Assembly: GCF_000299365.1 (NCBI RefSeq)
Contig: NC_018655.1
Span: 300,001 to 332,000 of the forward strand
Reading direction: 5' to 3'
Source: Candidatus Nitrosopumilus koreensis AR1
GTDB taxonomy: Archaea; Thermoproteota; Nitrososphaeria; Nitrososphaerales; Nitrosopumilaceae
Length of the DNA stretch: 32,000 bases
Shown: positions 23,809 to 31,396 of the stretch, in pieces
How positions within the stretch are numbered: the stretch's first letter is position 1
Layout of the letters: the number at the start of each line of letters is the position of its first letter
The notes under the pieces: model-generated
What the model was told of the DNA's origin: nothing
Database searches by the model: none
What the model saw: the letters and a program-made list of their open reading frames with translations, nothing else
Position numbers and translations under genes: made by a program

Positions 23809-24837
23809 ATGAATTCATCTCTTCTGGTTTTGATTGTTCTGATGTTTTCTCTTAGTCTACTTTTCTTACCTGCATCTGCTGCAACAATTTCAGTTGATAA
23901 ACAAAAATATCTTTTAGGTGATACCATGAAAGTCTCCGGTAGTTTGCCATATGCTGAAGGTCACTTTGTTGGGTTGCAAATTCTCAATCCATCAAAATCT
24001 GATCTTGTTATGATTGATCAGTTCTTGCCAAACAGTGATGGCTCTTTTTCAAAATCTTACAAAACTCAAGGAACAAAATGGAATATATCTGGAGTCTACA
24101 CAATAAAGATTGTCTACAACGAACAAGTATATGAAAAGACATTCCAGTTTGAAAAAACATCTGCAACTGAATCTGCAAACACCACGCCAAACACAAGTAC
24201 TGCTCCAAAATCTACCACTGAAACACAAACTACTCCAAAGACTACAAAATCAAGTGAACCAATTACAACTGATCCGAAATTTTGGGTAAAAGGCTTTCCT
24301 GATCCAAACAAATCACCAAACTATTATCTTGACAGATATGCAAACGAACCAGAATACAAGAACTGGTTCAAAAATACATTCCCAGGGCGTTCATTGTCTG
24401 AAATAGTCAGTTACCCTACTTCACATATTGAAGGATTTCCAAATAATGATAAATCTCCTTGGCATTATGTAAATAGATACAACAATGAAGAATCTTATCG
24501 AGATTGGTTTGACTCTCAATTTCCAACACAATCAATCTATGATGTGCTGGATTATCCAGAATCTCTCTTTCAAAAGGTTCCTAACTGGGTAAAAAATAAC
24601 GCAAAATGGTGGTCATCAGGTTTGATTCCTGATGAAGATTTTCTTGCAGGCATTGCATATTTGGTAGATGAAAAGATTTTACTTGTAACAGTAACAGAAT
24701 CTGAATCTGTAAAAACACAAAAAGTCCCTTCCTGGATAAAAAACACGTCTCAGTGGTGGGCAGACGGACAGATTGGTGAAAACGAATTTTTAAAGGGAAT
24801 AGAATTTCTAATTGCAAATGGAATAATCCGTATATGA
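23809..24837 (+). CDS. Secreted repeat protein: Ig-like domain + Thr/Pro linker + 2x GFP(D/N)xxKSP repeats + 2x Trp-rich modules
   Basis: Signal peptide MNSSLLVLIVLMFSLSLLFLPASA. Linker SATESANTTPNTSTAPKSTTETQTTPKTTKSSEP. Repeat A is at aa 162-203 and 209-250 (GFPDPNKSPNYYLDRYANEPEYKNWFKNTFP / GFPNNDKSPWHYVNRYNNEESYRDWFDSQFP). Repeat B is at aa 257-290 and 306-340 (VPNWVKNNAKWWSSGLIPDEDFLAGIAYLV / VPSWIKNTSQWWADGQIGENEFLKGIEFLI). Confidence 0.86.
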   Translation: MNSSLLVLIVLMFSLSLLFLPASAATISVDKQKYLLGDTMKVSGSLPYAEGHFVGLQILNPSKSDLVMIDQFLPNSDGSFSKSYKTQGTKWNISGVYTIKIVYNEQVYEKTFQFEKTSATESANTTPNTSTAPKSTTETQTTPKTTKSSEPITTDPKFWVKGFPDPNKSPNYYLDRYANEPEYKNWFKNTFPGRSLSEIVSYPTSHIEGFPNNDKSPWHYVNRYNNEESYRDWFDSQFPTQSIYDVLDYPESLFQKVPNWVKNNAKWWSSGLIPDEDFLAGIAYLVDEKILLVTVTESESVKTQKVPSWIKNTSQWWADGQIGENEFLKGIEFLIANGIIRI

Positions 24838-24862
24838 TTGACTTTATTCAGAATAAAGTCAA
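24838..24862 (+). terminator. Perfect 11-bp stem / 3-nt loop hairpin immediately after the stop codon
   Basis: TTGACTTTATT-CAG-AATAAAGTCAA starts at the first base after TGA 24835-24837. The role is inferred, either terminator or RNA stability element. Confidence 0.4.
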
Positions 24863-24951
24863 CTGGTTTATCTAAAATCAATTTCACACAATTTTCAGGC
24901 CGTTAAATAACAACTTTTCAGTTTATCCTTTCATGAAGCAATTCATGTTAC

Positions 24952-25095
24952 ATGTCAAAAGCCAACCAACAACCAAGGTTGGAAGTGATGCCAAAAACGC
25001 TCTTCCCACCAGTACATGTAACTATGCAGATGTGTTGGGATTGTCTTGGATATTCAGAGAAAATTATGCTTAATCAACTAGGAGAAGATGAGTAG
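24952..25095 (+). CDS. Candidate 47-aa ORF in the region upstream of the giant gene
   Basis: MSKANQQPRLEVMPKTLFPPVHVTMQMCWDCLGYSEKIMLNQLGEDE. It is locally more GC-rich than the flanks. An overlapping alternative frame (ATG 24933, 46 aa) also exists, so support is weak. Confidence 0.22.
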   Translation: MSKANQQPRLEVMPKTLFPPVHVTMQMCWDCLGYSEKIMLNQLGEDE

Positions 25096-25126
25096 AAAAT
25101 AATGAAAACTAACACAATAGTACCTA

Positions 25127-28100
25127 ATGTTTTCATACTATGCCAGATATTATAATAAAATGATTCAAAAACGAGCTCTTTCATCCATTATACTATCTAT
25201 TCTTATTCTTACTGGCAGTATGTCTTTAGGAAGTTTTTCTGATGTTGATGCACAAACACAAAATCTGTATGTCTCAGCTGATAACCCTCAATCAAATAAT
25301 AGAATCTCTGGACCACAAGTAATTGAAGTTGTAGTTCGTGATGAAAATATCCGTGACACTGGCAAGGGACTGGGTGAACCTGATGTTACAGTAAATGGAA
25401 AAGATCTTAGAATGATTCAGGCAACTGATGGAAATTGGTATGGATACTTTGCTGATAGAAAACAAGCCCAGATTGCAGATAGTACTGTTGGTCTGACTGG
25501 TAAAGGGCTTGACTTTGGTACATTTTGTGCAAGAAATACATCTGTTCTAGGTTTTTCAGTTTCTGAGACTGACGGAATTGCAATTCCAATAAGTGGCACT
25601 GGAGTTGGTGGTGAAAACGGTTCCAAAACCCCTAGCCAAATATCCCAAGACTGTTCTTTTAGCTCCCCTTACTCAAAATCGAATAATGTTGTAAGACAGG
25701 CAAAGACCATTACTGCTGCAACTACAAATGTAAATCTTGGACAGATTGGTATTGTGTCAAAAGATCTTTGGCCATTTATCCAACTATATGATTTAAACAA
25801 AGGTGGAAATGTTCTAGTCCAGTATAACAGAGGTGGGGGAGCACAACAAACAACTCTCACATTTGATAATGCAGACAAACTGGTCAAACACGAACTAGAC
25901 AGAAGCTCTTACCCACGTTCATCTGATGTAAATCTCAAAATTACTGATCTGAGTTTGAACATTGATCCTACAAGTATTGATTCTTGGTCATTTGGAACAT
26001 CTACAAACCCTTCAACATACTACTATCTCTTTGATTCTTCAGGAAAATCTCATTCTGATGGAACAACTGGTGCAGTCAATCTTGCACCTACTTTAAGTTC
26101 AATGATGTTCAAAGATAACGGTATCCTAAAGATCAATCCAAATCTGCAAGGACAAACAGCAGTACTTACAATAAAAGACAATGACCGTTCCCAAACAAAT
26201 GGTGATGGTGAAACAAGTATCTCACAAATTTCAACTGATGCAGGTTCCATCACAACTGGTAATCAACCTATAACAATTTCTGAGACATCTCCAAATAGCG
26301 GTATTTTTACAACTTATGATGCCAATAGTAATTCTGTACTAGTTACAACTCAAAATGCACCAAGGGGAACATCAGCATCAATAGAATATAACAAAAAACC
26401 AACCACTCTTTTAGTCTCATTTGGAAAGGGTACATTATCTCTTGATGAAACACTAAAGGGAACCGAGTGGAACTCTGGCGAAGAGATGCCAGTAATTCTG
26501 GTTGACTCTGATGCCAACAAAAATAACTTGAAAAAAGAAGACCTTGATCTTTTCAATCCCTCTTACAAGGCAATTCCATCCCTTAGTACTGGAAATCCAT
26601 TTACACTTGGAGAGAGTGGAACTGAAACAAACAGCAAGATTACTGCATCCTTTCTAAATGGGTATACTCTGACCCCTACAACTTCAGAAAAATTCACTCT
26701 GTCTGGTACTACACTAGGCACAAAAACCGCCACAACTGTTGAAAAATTCAGCGATAGAGCAAGAATTGACCCTACCACTAATTCTGACTCAGATGCCTTG
26801 ATTATTGATCTAAAAACAGATCTAAACAAACTCTATTCGTCAATAAACAATCCATTTGATACGACAAAAAAATTCAAGGGTCTTAACATGTTTAACTTTG
26901 ATATTCGTTCTCTTAATGATACCATCAACAGCGTTGATATTTATCTTCTAGTTGGCTCATCAATTCTGGATTCATCAGGAAATCCTGCATCTAACATTGC
27001 TGCAATTAAAATTGCAACTGATACATCGCTACAAAACCTAATCAATCTAAATTCTACACAACAGGTAACCAATCCTCAAACACTTCACAACAATTTGTTT
27101 TCAAGCTCTTTTACAGGAACTGAACAAATCGGATTGATGTTTTCATATTCAAAAATCTCCAACATGGGAACAGAAACAAGACCAATTGTAGCTGACTTTT
27201 TCTCATATGGATTAATCAAAGATGGACAAACAAAAAGTGAAAGAATTGCAAACCAAATAGTTCGTTTAGAGGCAGAAGAACTTGCAAACAGTTCTGGAAA
27301 GTTTAGAGGAAGTCTAGAGTATATCATGCTAAACCAACTAAACATTTTTGATTCAGATACATATGAAAAAATAATTCCAATTGATGATGAACCTGTCTTT
27401 CTTATGGTAGATGAACTAAAGGGAAACGATGCAGTAAGAATCAGCTACAATGATCTTAATTCAGATGGTGTGTTTACTGCCATATCTGACCAACAAGATA
27501 TTCTTGCCCATATGGGAATTGTGGTGCTTTCAGTTACGACATTCAAACCAGGTGATACTGTGGGAGTGACTTTGACTGACAAGGATCTTAACGTGGACTC
27601 TGACTTGGTGGATATCTATACTGTGGTTGATCCTTCAAAATACCCAAATGATCCTGCTGCTGACACAGTAGGAAGCCCCAACTTGGGATCATCCAGTACC
27701 GGTCAACCATATGGTAGGTTGTTAGAAATTACATTTGATGACGAAGCATGGCTAAAGTCCTCCATTTCACGCAATGGCAAGTCATGTTCCTCCATATCTG
27801 GAAGTGATGGTCTTGCTTCAACTGGATTTACACTAGTTGAAACTGGAAGAAAGACTGGTGAATTTAGAGGAGACTTCAAAATCCCATCACAATATTGTTC
27901 AAGAAGTGATGGTGGCATTGTAAAATCTACTTCTGGTATTGATATTGGTGCCAAATATTATGACTTTAGAGGCCAATCAAGTCAAGCTGCAATAACTAGT
28001 GCAAGTGCAGCAGTTGGTGCAACAAGTGGTGTTGTAAAACTAGACAGAACAAATTATCCTGTCCCAATAGGTTCTGTCTCTGACTTTTTTGATACGGGCA

Positions 28101-30259
28101 AGTCCACATCCACAAGACCTAACAACCTTTCAATTTTCCCATACCATCTAACTGCAATTACTAAAAACGGAGATACAAAAGCAATTGACTCTGGAGAAGA
28201 GATTGGACCTAAAAACACTGTTATTTACGTTCAAATTCATGATGCAGACTATAACTTGTCTCCAAATGGAGAAGACACACTATCCCAAAACGTTGATGGT
28301 ACGACTAATGGACCAGTCAAAGTATTTGTAACTAGAGGTTCTTCTGTTTTACTTTTAGCAACAGCTGGTGGTGAGGATGCAAAGACTGGTGTAATTACAA
28401 CTGGAAAGAATGTAAAAAGTGGAATTACAAGAGAACTTGGACCAATTTCCGAAATCACTCCAAACTCTGGAATCTTCCAATTCAATTTGCCACTAAGATA
28501 TGTTGATGGACCTGCATCTACAAAATGTCCTGTTACACCTGAATCTGGATTTACAAAATTAGACAAAACAAAGACTGGTGTGCTATCTAGATTTGACATT
28601 TCACCTTCTACTGGAAATTACTGTATCTTACAAGGAGATATAATTACAGTCGAGTATTCTGACCAAGCAGATGCATCTGGCTCTAAGAGAACAGTAACTG
28701 ACTCGGCAGCATTTGATCTTAGAATTGCATCACTCCAATCAGATACTCAATCTTACATTATTGGACGTGATGCCTTGATTACTCTCATTGATCCTGATCT
28801 TAACTTTAACTCTAAACAGGCAGAGACTTTCTCCCTTGATCTTCTAGAATGGGATTCAGATGATGCTAAAGCTACGATGGGGCAATTGGGCGGAACAGCT
28901 ACTAAAAATGGAAAAATCTTTGATGCAAAACCAGTTGGATTACGTGAGACAGGTGAATCAACTGGAATCTTCCAGACCACCATAGAAATCCCATCAGAGA
29001 TTAATGGAAAACCCCTTGATAGAGGTGAAACAATCAAACTCACCTATACTGATTGGGGTACTGCAGGTGCTGATTTTGTTGGAAATAGTGACCAAAAAGT
29101 GGAATTAAGATTCACAACTTCTAACTTTCAGTCATTGATATCTTTGGATAAGAAAGTGTATACTTGGACAGACAGGGTATATGTCACAATTGTTGCACCT
29201 GATCACAATTTTGATCAGAACAAGATTGATGAAATTGGTTCCAAGTCTACAAATGAAATCAAAATTTCTACAAGAGAAAACAAACTATCCATGTACAAAT
29301 TAACTGAAACAGGCCCTGATACTGGAATCTTTACTGGTGAGGTAATACTTACGGGATTCAAACATGATGCTGATGGTAATCCTAGAACGGGTAACATAGA
29401 TGGTATTGATACAAATCCTAGAACTCAACCAAAAACTGGTGGAGGGCCAACAAATGGTTTCTTGGAATCTAAAAACGATGATGGACTTTCAATATCATTT
29501 CAATTTACAGATAGAGAGACATCAACTGCTTCAGCCCTAATTAGATGGAATATTGGAGAAGTTGAGTGGCTTCAAGGAACAACAACAGCTAACGGACATG
29601 GAATTATTAGAGTAATTGATCCTGATATGAACCTCAATCCTGAAACTGTGAACACATTTACCATCGATATGTGGTCTGATTCGGATCTTGGTGGAATAGA
29701 TGTTACTGTAACTGAAACAGGCCCTGCAACTGGAATCTTTGAAGGAGATGTAACATTTTCAACAAAGGACCAATCATCAGGTCACAGATTACGGGTTAAT
29801 GAAGGTGATTATGTTACTGCAAAATATGAAGACAATACATTGCCAAAACCATACTCCAAAGCCGATGAACTCAAAATTACTTCCACCATATTTATTGGAG
29901 ATATAGTTCCTCCACTGGAACGTGTATACATAGGAACACCTAGAGTAGTTGATTCCTTTGGAAATGTAATTGGCCAAGTGAAAACTGGAGAACAGATTCA
30001 GGTTTCATCTGGCATTTCTAACAATAATGTTGGTAGTCAACCATTTTCATATGTAGTTCAAATACAAGACTCTGATGGTATAGTAGAATCACTGTCTTGG
30101 ATTAGCGGAAGTCTGGAAAAAGGTCAGACTTTTTCACCTGCTGTATCTTGGATTCCTACTGATCCTGGAAAATATACTGCAACAATATTTGTTTGGCATA
30201 GTTTGGATAATCCTTCTGCATTAAGTCCTACTGTAGAATTTGAAATCAATGTTAGCTAA
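25127..30259 (+). CDS. Giant acidic secreted multi-repeat protein, probable S-layer protein
   Basis: 1710-codon ORF. Signal peptide ...MIQKRALSSIILSILILTGSMSLGSFSDVDAQ (alternative start ATG 25160). Composition is Thr/Ser/Asp/Asn/Gly-rich and poor in Lys/Arg by eye. Six copies of a paired signature are present: D-x-D-x-N acidic loop, then ETG/ETS/EIT-P-x-(S/T)G-I/E-F. The C-terminal beta-sandwich-like domain reads SYVVQIQDSDGIVESLSWISGSLEKGQTF..W.PTDPGKYTATIFVW. Size and chemistry fit what is known of Nitrosopumilus S-layer proteins. Confidence 0.88.
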   Translation: MFSYYARYYNKMIQKRALSSIILSILILTGSMSLGSFSDVDAQTQNLYVSADNPQSNNRISGPQVIEVVVRDENIRDTGKGLGEPDVTVNGKDLRMIQATDGNWYGYFADRKQAQIADSTVGLTGKGLDFGTFCARNTSVLGFSVSETDGIAIPISGTGVGGENGSKTPSQISQDCSFSSPYSKSNNVVRQAKTITAATTNVNLGQIGIVSKDLWPFIQLYDLNKGGNVLVQYNRGGGAQQTTLTFDNADKLVKHELDRSSYPRSSDVNLKITDLSLNIDPTSIDSWSFGTSTNPSTYYYLFDSSGKSHSDGTTGAVNLAPTLSSMMFKDNGILKINPNLQGQTAVLTIKDNDRSQTNGDGETSISQISTDAGSITTGNQPITISETSPNSGIFTTYDANSNSVLVTTQNAPRGTSASIEYNKKPTTLLVSFGKGTLSLDETLKGTEWNSGEEMPVILVDSDANKNNLKKEDLDLFNPSYKAIPSLSTGNPFTLGESGTETNSKITASFLNGYTLTPTTSEKFTLSGTTLGTKTATTVEKFSDRARIDPTTNSDSDALIIDLKTDLNKLYSSINNPFDTTKKFKGLNMFNFDIRSLNDTINSVDIYLLVGSSILDSSGNPASNIAAIKIATDTSLQNLINLNSTQQVTNPQTLHNNLFSSSFTGTEQIGLMFSYSKISNMGTETRPIVADFFSYGLIKDGQTKSERIANQIVRLEAEELANSSGKFRGSLEYIMLNQLNIFDSDTYEKIIPIDDEPVFLMVDELKGNDAVRISYNDLNSDGVFTAISDQQDILAHMGIVVLSVTTFKPGDTVGVTLTDKDLNVDSDLVDIYTVVDPSKYPNDPAADTVGSPNLGSSSTGQPYGRLLEITFDDEAWLKSSISRNGKSCSSISGSDGLASTGFTLVETGRKTGEFRGDFKIPSQYCSRSDGGIVKSTSGIDIGAKYYDFRGQSSQAAITSASAAVGATSGVVKLDRTNYPVPIGSVSDFFDTGKSTSTRPNNLSIFPYHLTAITKNGDTKAIDSGEEIGPKNTVIYVQIHDADYNLSPNGEDTLSQNVDGTTNGPVKVFVTRGSSVLLLATAGGEDAKTGVITTGKNVKSGITRELGPISEITPNSGIFQFNLPLRYVDGPASTKCPVTPESGFTKLDKTKTGVLSRFDISPSTGNYCILQGDIITVEYSDQADASGSKRTVTDSAAFDLRIASLQSDTQSYIIGRDALITLIDPDLNFNSKQAETFSLDLLEWDSDDAKATMGQLGGTATKNGKIFDAKPVGLRETGESTGIFQTTIEIPSEINGKPLDRGETIKLTYTDWGTAGADFVGNSDQKVELRFTTSNFQSLISLDKKVYTWTDRVYVTIVAPDHNFDQNKIDEIGSKSTNEIKISTRENKLSMYKLTETGPDTGIFTGEVILTGFKHDADGNPRTGNIDGIDTNPRTQPKTGGGPTNGFLESKNDDGLSISFQFTDRETSTASALIRWNIGEVEWLQGTTTANGHGIIRVIDPDMNLNPETVNTFTIDMWSDSDLGGIDVTVTETGPATGIFEGDVTFSTKDQSSGHRLRVNEGDYVTAKYEDNTLPKPYSKADELKITSTIFIGDIVPPLERVYIGTPRVVDSFGNVIGQVKTGEQIQVSSGISNNNVGSQPFSYVVQIQDSDGIVESLSWISGSLEKGQTFSPAVSWIPTDPGKYTATIFVWHSLDNPSALSPTVEFEINVS
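29303..29332 (+). repeat. Intragenic 30-nt repeat copy 1 (encodes TETGPDTGIF)
   Basis: ACTGAAACAGGCCCTGATACTGGAATCTTT versus 29711-29740 ACTGAAACAGGCCCTGCAACTGGAATCTTT, with 2 mismatches. Confidence 0.85.
29711..29740 (+). repeat. Intragenic 30-nt repeat copy 2 (encodes TETGPATGIF)
   Basis: See 29303-29332. Confidence 0.85.
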
Positions 30260-30287
30260 ATGAAAATGTAAATATGGTGAAATTCTT

Positions 30288-31328
30288 ATGTTCTCAATGA
30301 CAAAAACAACTTTTATTGCAATATTTGCAGTTGCTGTTCTTTTAACAGGAACTATGGCAGGACCTATTGGATTAGTTCAGTCAGCAGATGCCCTGAAATC
30401 AAAAGGAAACAACCTAACTGAAATCGGTTCAAAAAAGGTCTGTGGTGATAGACTTTGTTCTGAAGTTCCACCAGCAGAAAAATCTGGTGAGCCAAAAAAG
30501 AAGGAACAAGTAAAATCTGAAAAGAAAGCAGAATCTGCAGAAAAAGCAAAAGAGGCTCCGAAAAAAGATACAAAAGCTGAAAAAATGATGGAAGCTAAAA
30601 CTGTTACTAAAACTCCAAAAACTGTAACTGGTATTATCACATCAGAAACAGATCCTGGGATTGGTCATGAATCTCATCAGCTAGCAATAGTTTTGCCACC
30701 AAGTGACAAAACATACCGCGGATATTTGACATACACTGCATCTGAAAATGTTCAACTAGTTGCATTGCACGGTCCATTGAAAAAAGGAATGGATAAAGGG
30801 CAAGCAATTTGGACTACTGATGGAAAGACAAAATTCGGTCTTACCTTTGTAGATAAAGAAACCTCTACGGGAGTATGGCAGTTTACAGGTAATGCAATTG
30901 CTATACACACAAAGAATTCTGAACCATTCACTGTAAGCTACTCTGTCACATACACAGAGCATTCTACTGATGGTCAAAGAATAGTCAAAGGAACCACAAC
31001 TTCAGTACAAGATCCTGGAATTGGACATGAAGAACACCAACTAGCATTATTGTTGGCACCTAGAGACAAAGCATACTCTGGACACCTGACATATGATGCA
31101 TCAGAACAAGTTCAAATTGTAACTCTCATTGGACCAATAGAAAAGGGCCAAATTCAAGGAATGCCTTATTGGACTCCTGATGATAAGACCTACTATGCAT
31201 TATCATTGGTTCCAACTAAAGCAGCTGGTTCTACATCGTTCTCTGGAAATGCATTAGCACTTCACACGTTCAATTCTGAGCCATTTACCGTAAGCTACTC
31301 TATTGTGCTTACAAATCCACAAAAATAG
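30288..31328 (+). CDS. Secreted protein with a Lys/Glu-rich linker and two tandem ~110-aa His-motif domains
   Basis: Signal peptide MTKTTFIAIFAVAVLLTGTMAGPIGLVQSADA. VCGDRLCSE motif. Charged linker EKSGEPKKKEQVKSEKKAESAEKAKEAPKKDTKAEK. Repeat 1 is aa 113-222 (nt 30624-30953) and repeat 2 is aa 233-342 (nt 30984-31313). They share DPGIGHExHQLA..L.P.DK.Y.G.LTY.ASE.VQ.V.L.GP..KG....WT.D.KT.....GNA.A.HT.NSEPFTVSYS. Confidence 0.86.
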   Translation: MFSMTKTTFIAIFAVAVLLTGTMAGPIGLVQSADALKSKGNNLTEIGSKKVCGDRLCSEVPPAEKSGEPKKKEQVKSEKKAESAEKAKEAPKKDTKAEKMMEAKTVTKTPKTVTGIITSETDPGIGHESHQLAIVLPPSDKTYRGYLTYTASENVQLVALHGPLKKGMDKGQAIWTTDGKTKFGLTFVDKETSTGVWQFTGNAIAIHTKNSEPFTVSYSVTYTEHSTDGQRIVKGTTTSVQDPGIGHEEHQLALLLAPRDKAYSGHLTYDASEQVQIVTLIGPIEKGQIQGMPYWTPDDKTYYALSLVPTKAAGSTSFSGNALALHTFNSEPFTVSYSIVLTNPQK

Positions 31329-31396
31329 GGAACTAACGTTCTTTCATTTTTTTATACTATGCAATGATTAAATACCTTCAACATTCAATATAATTA

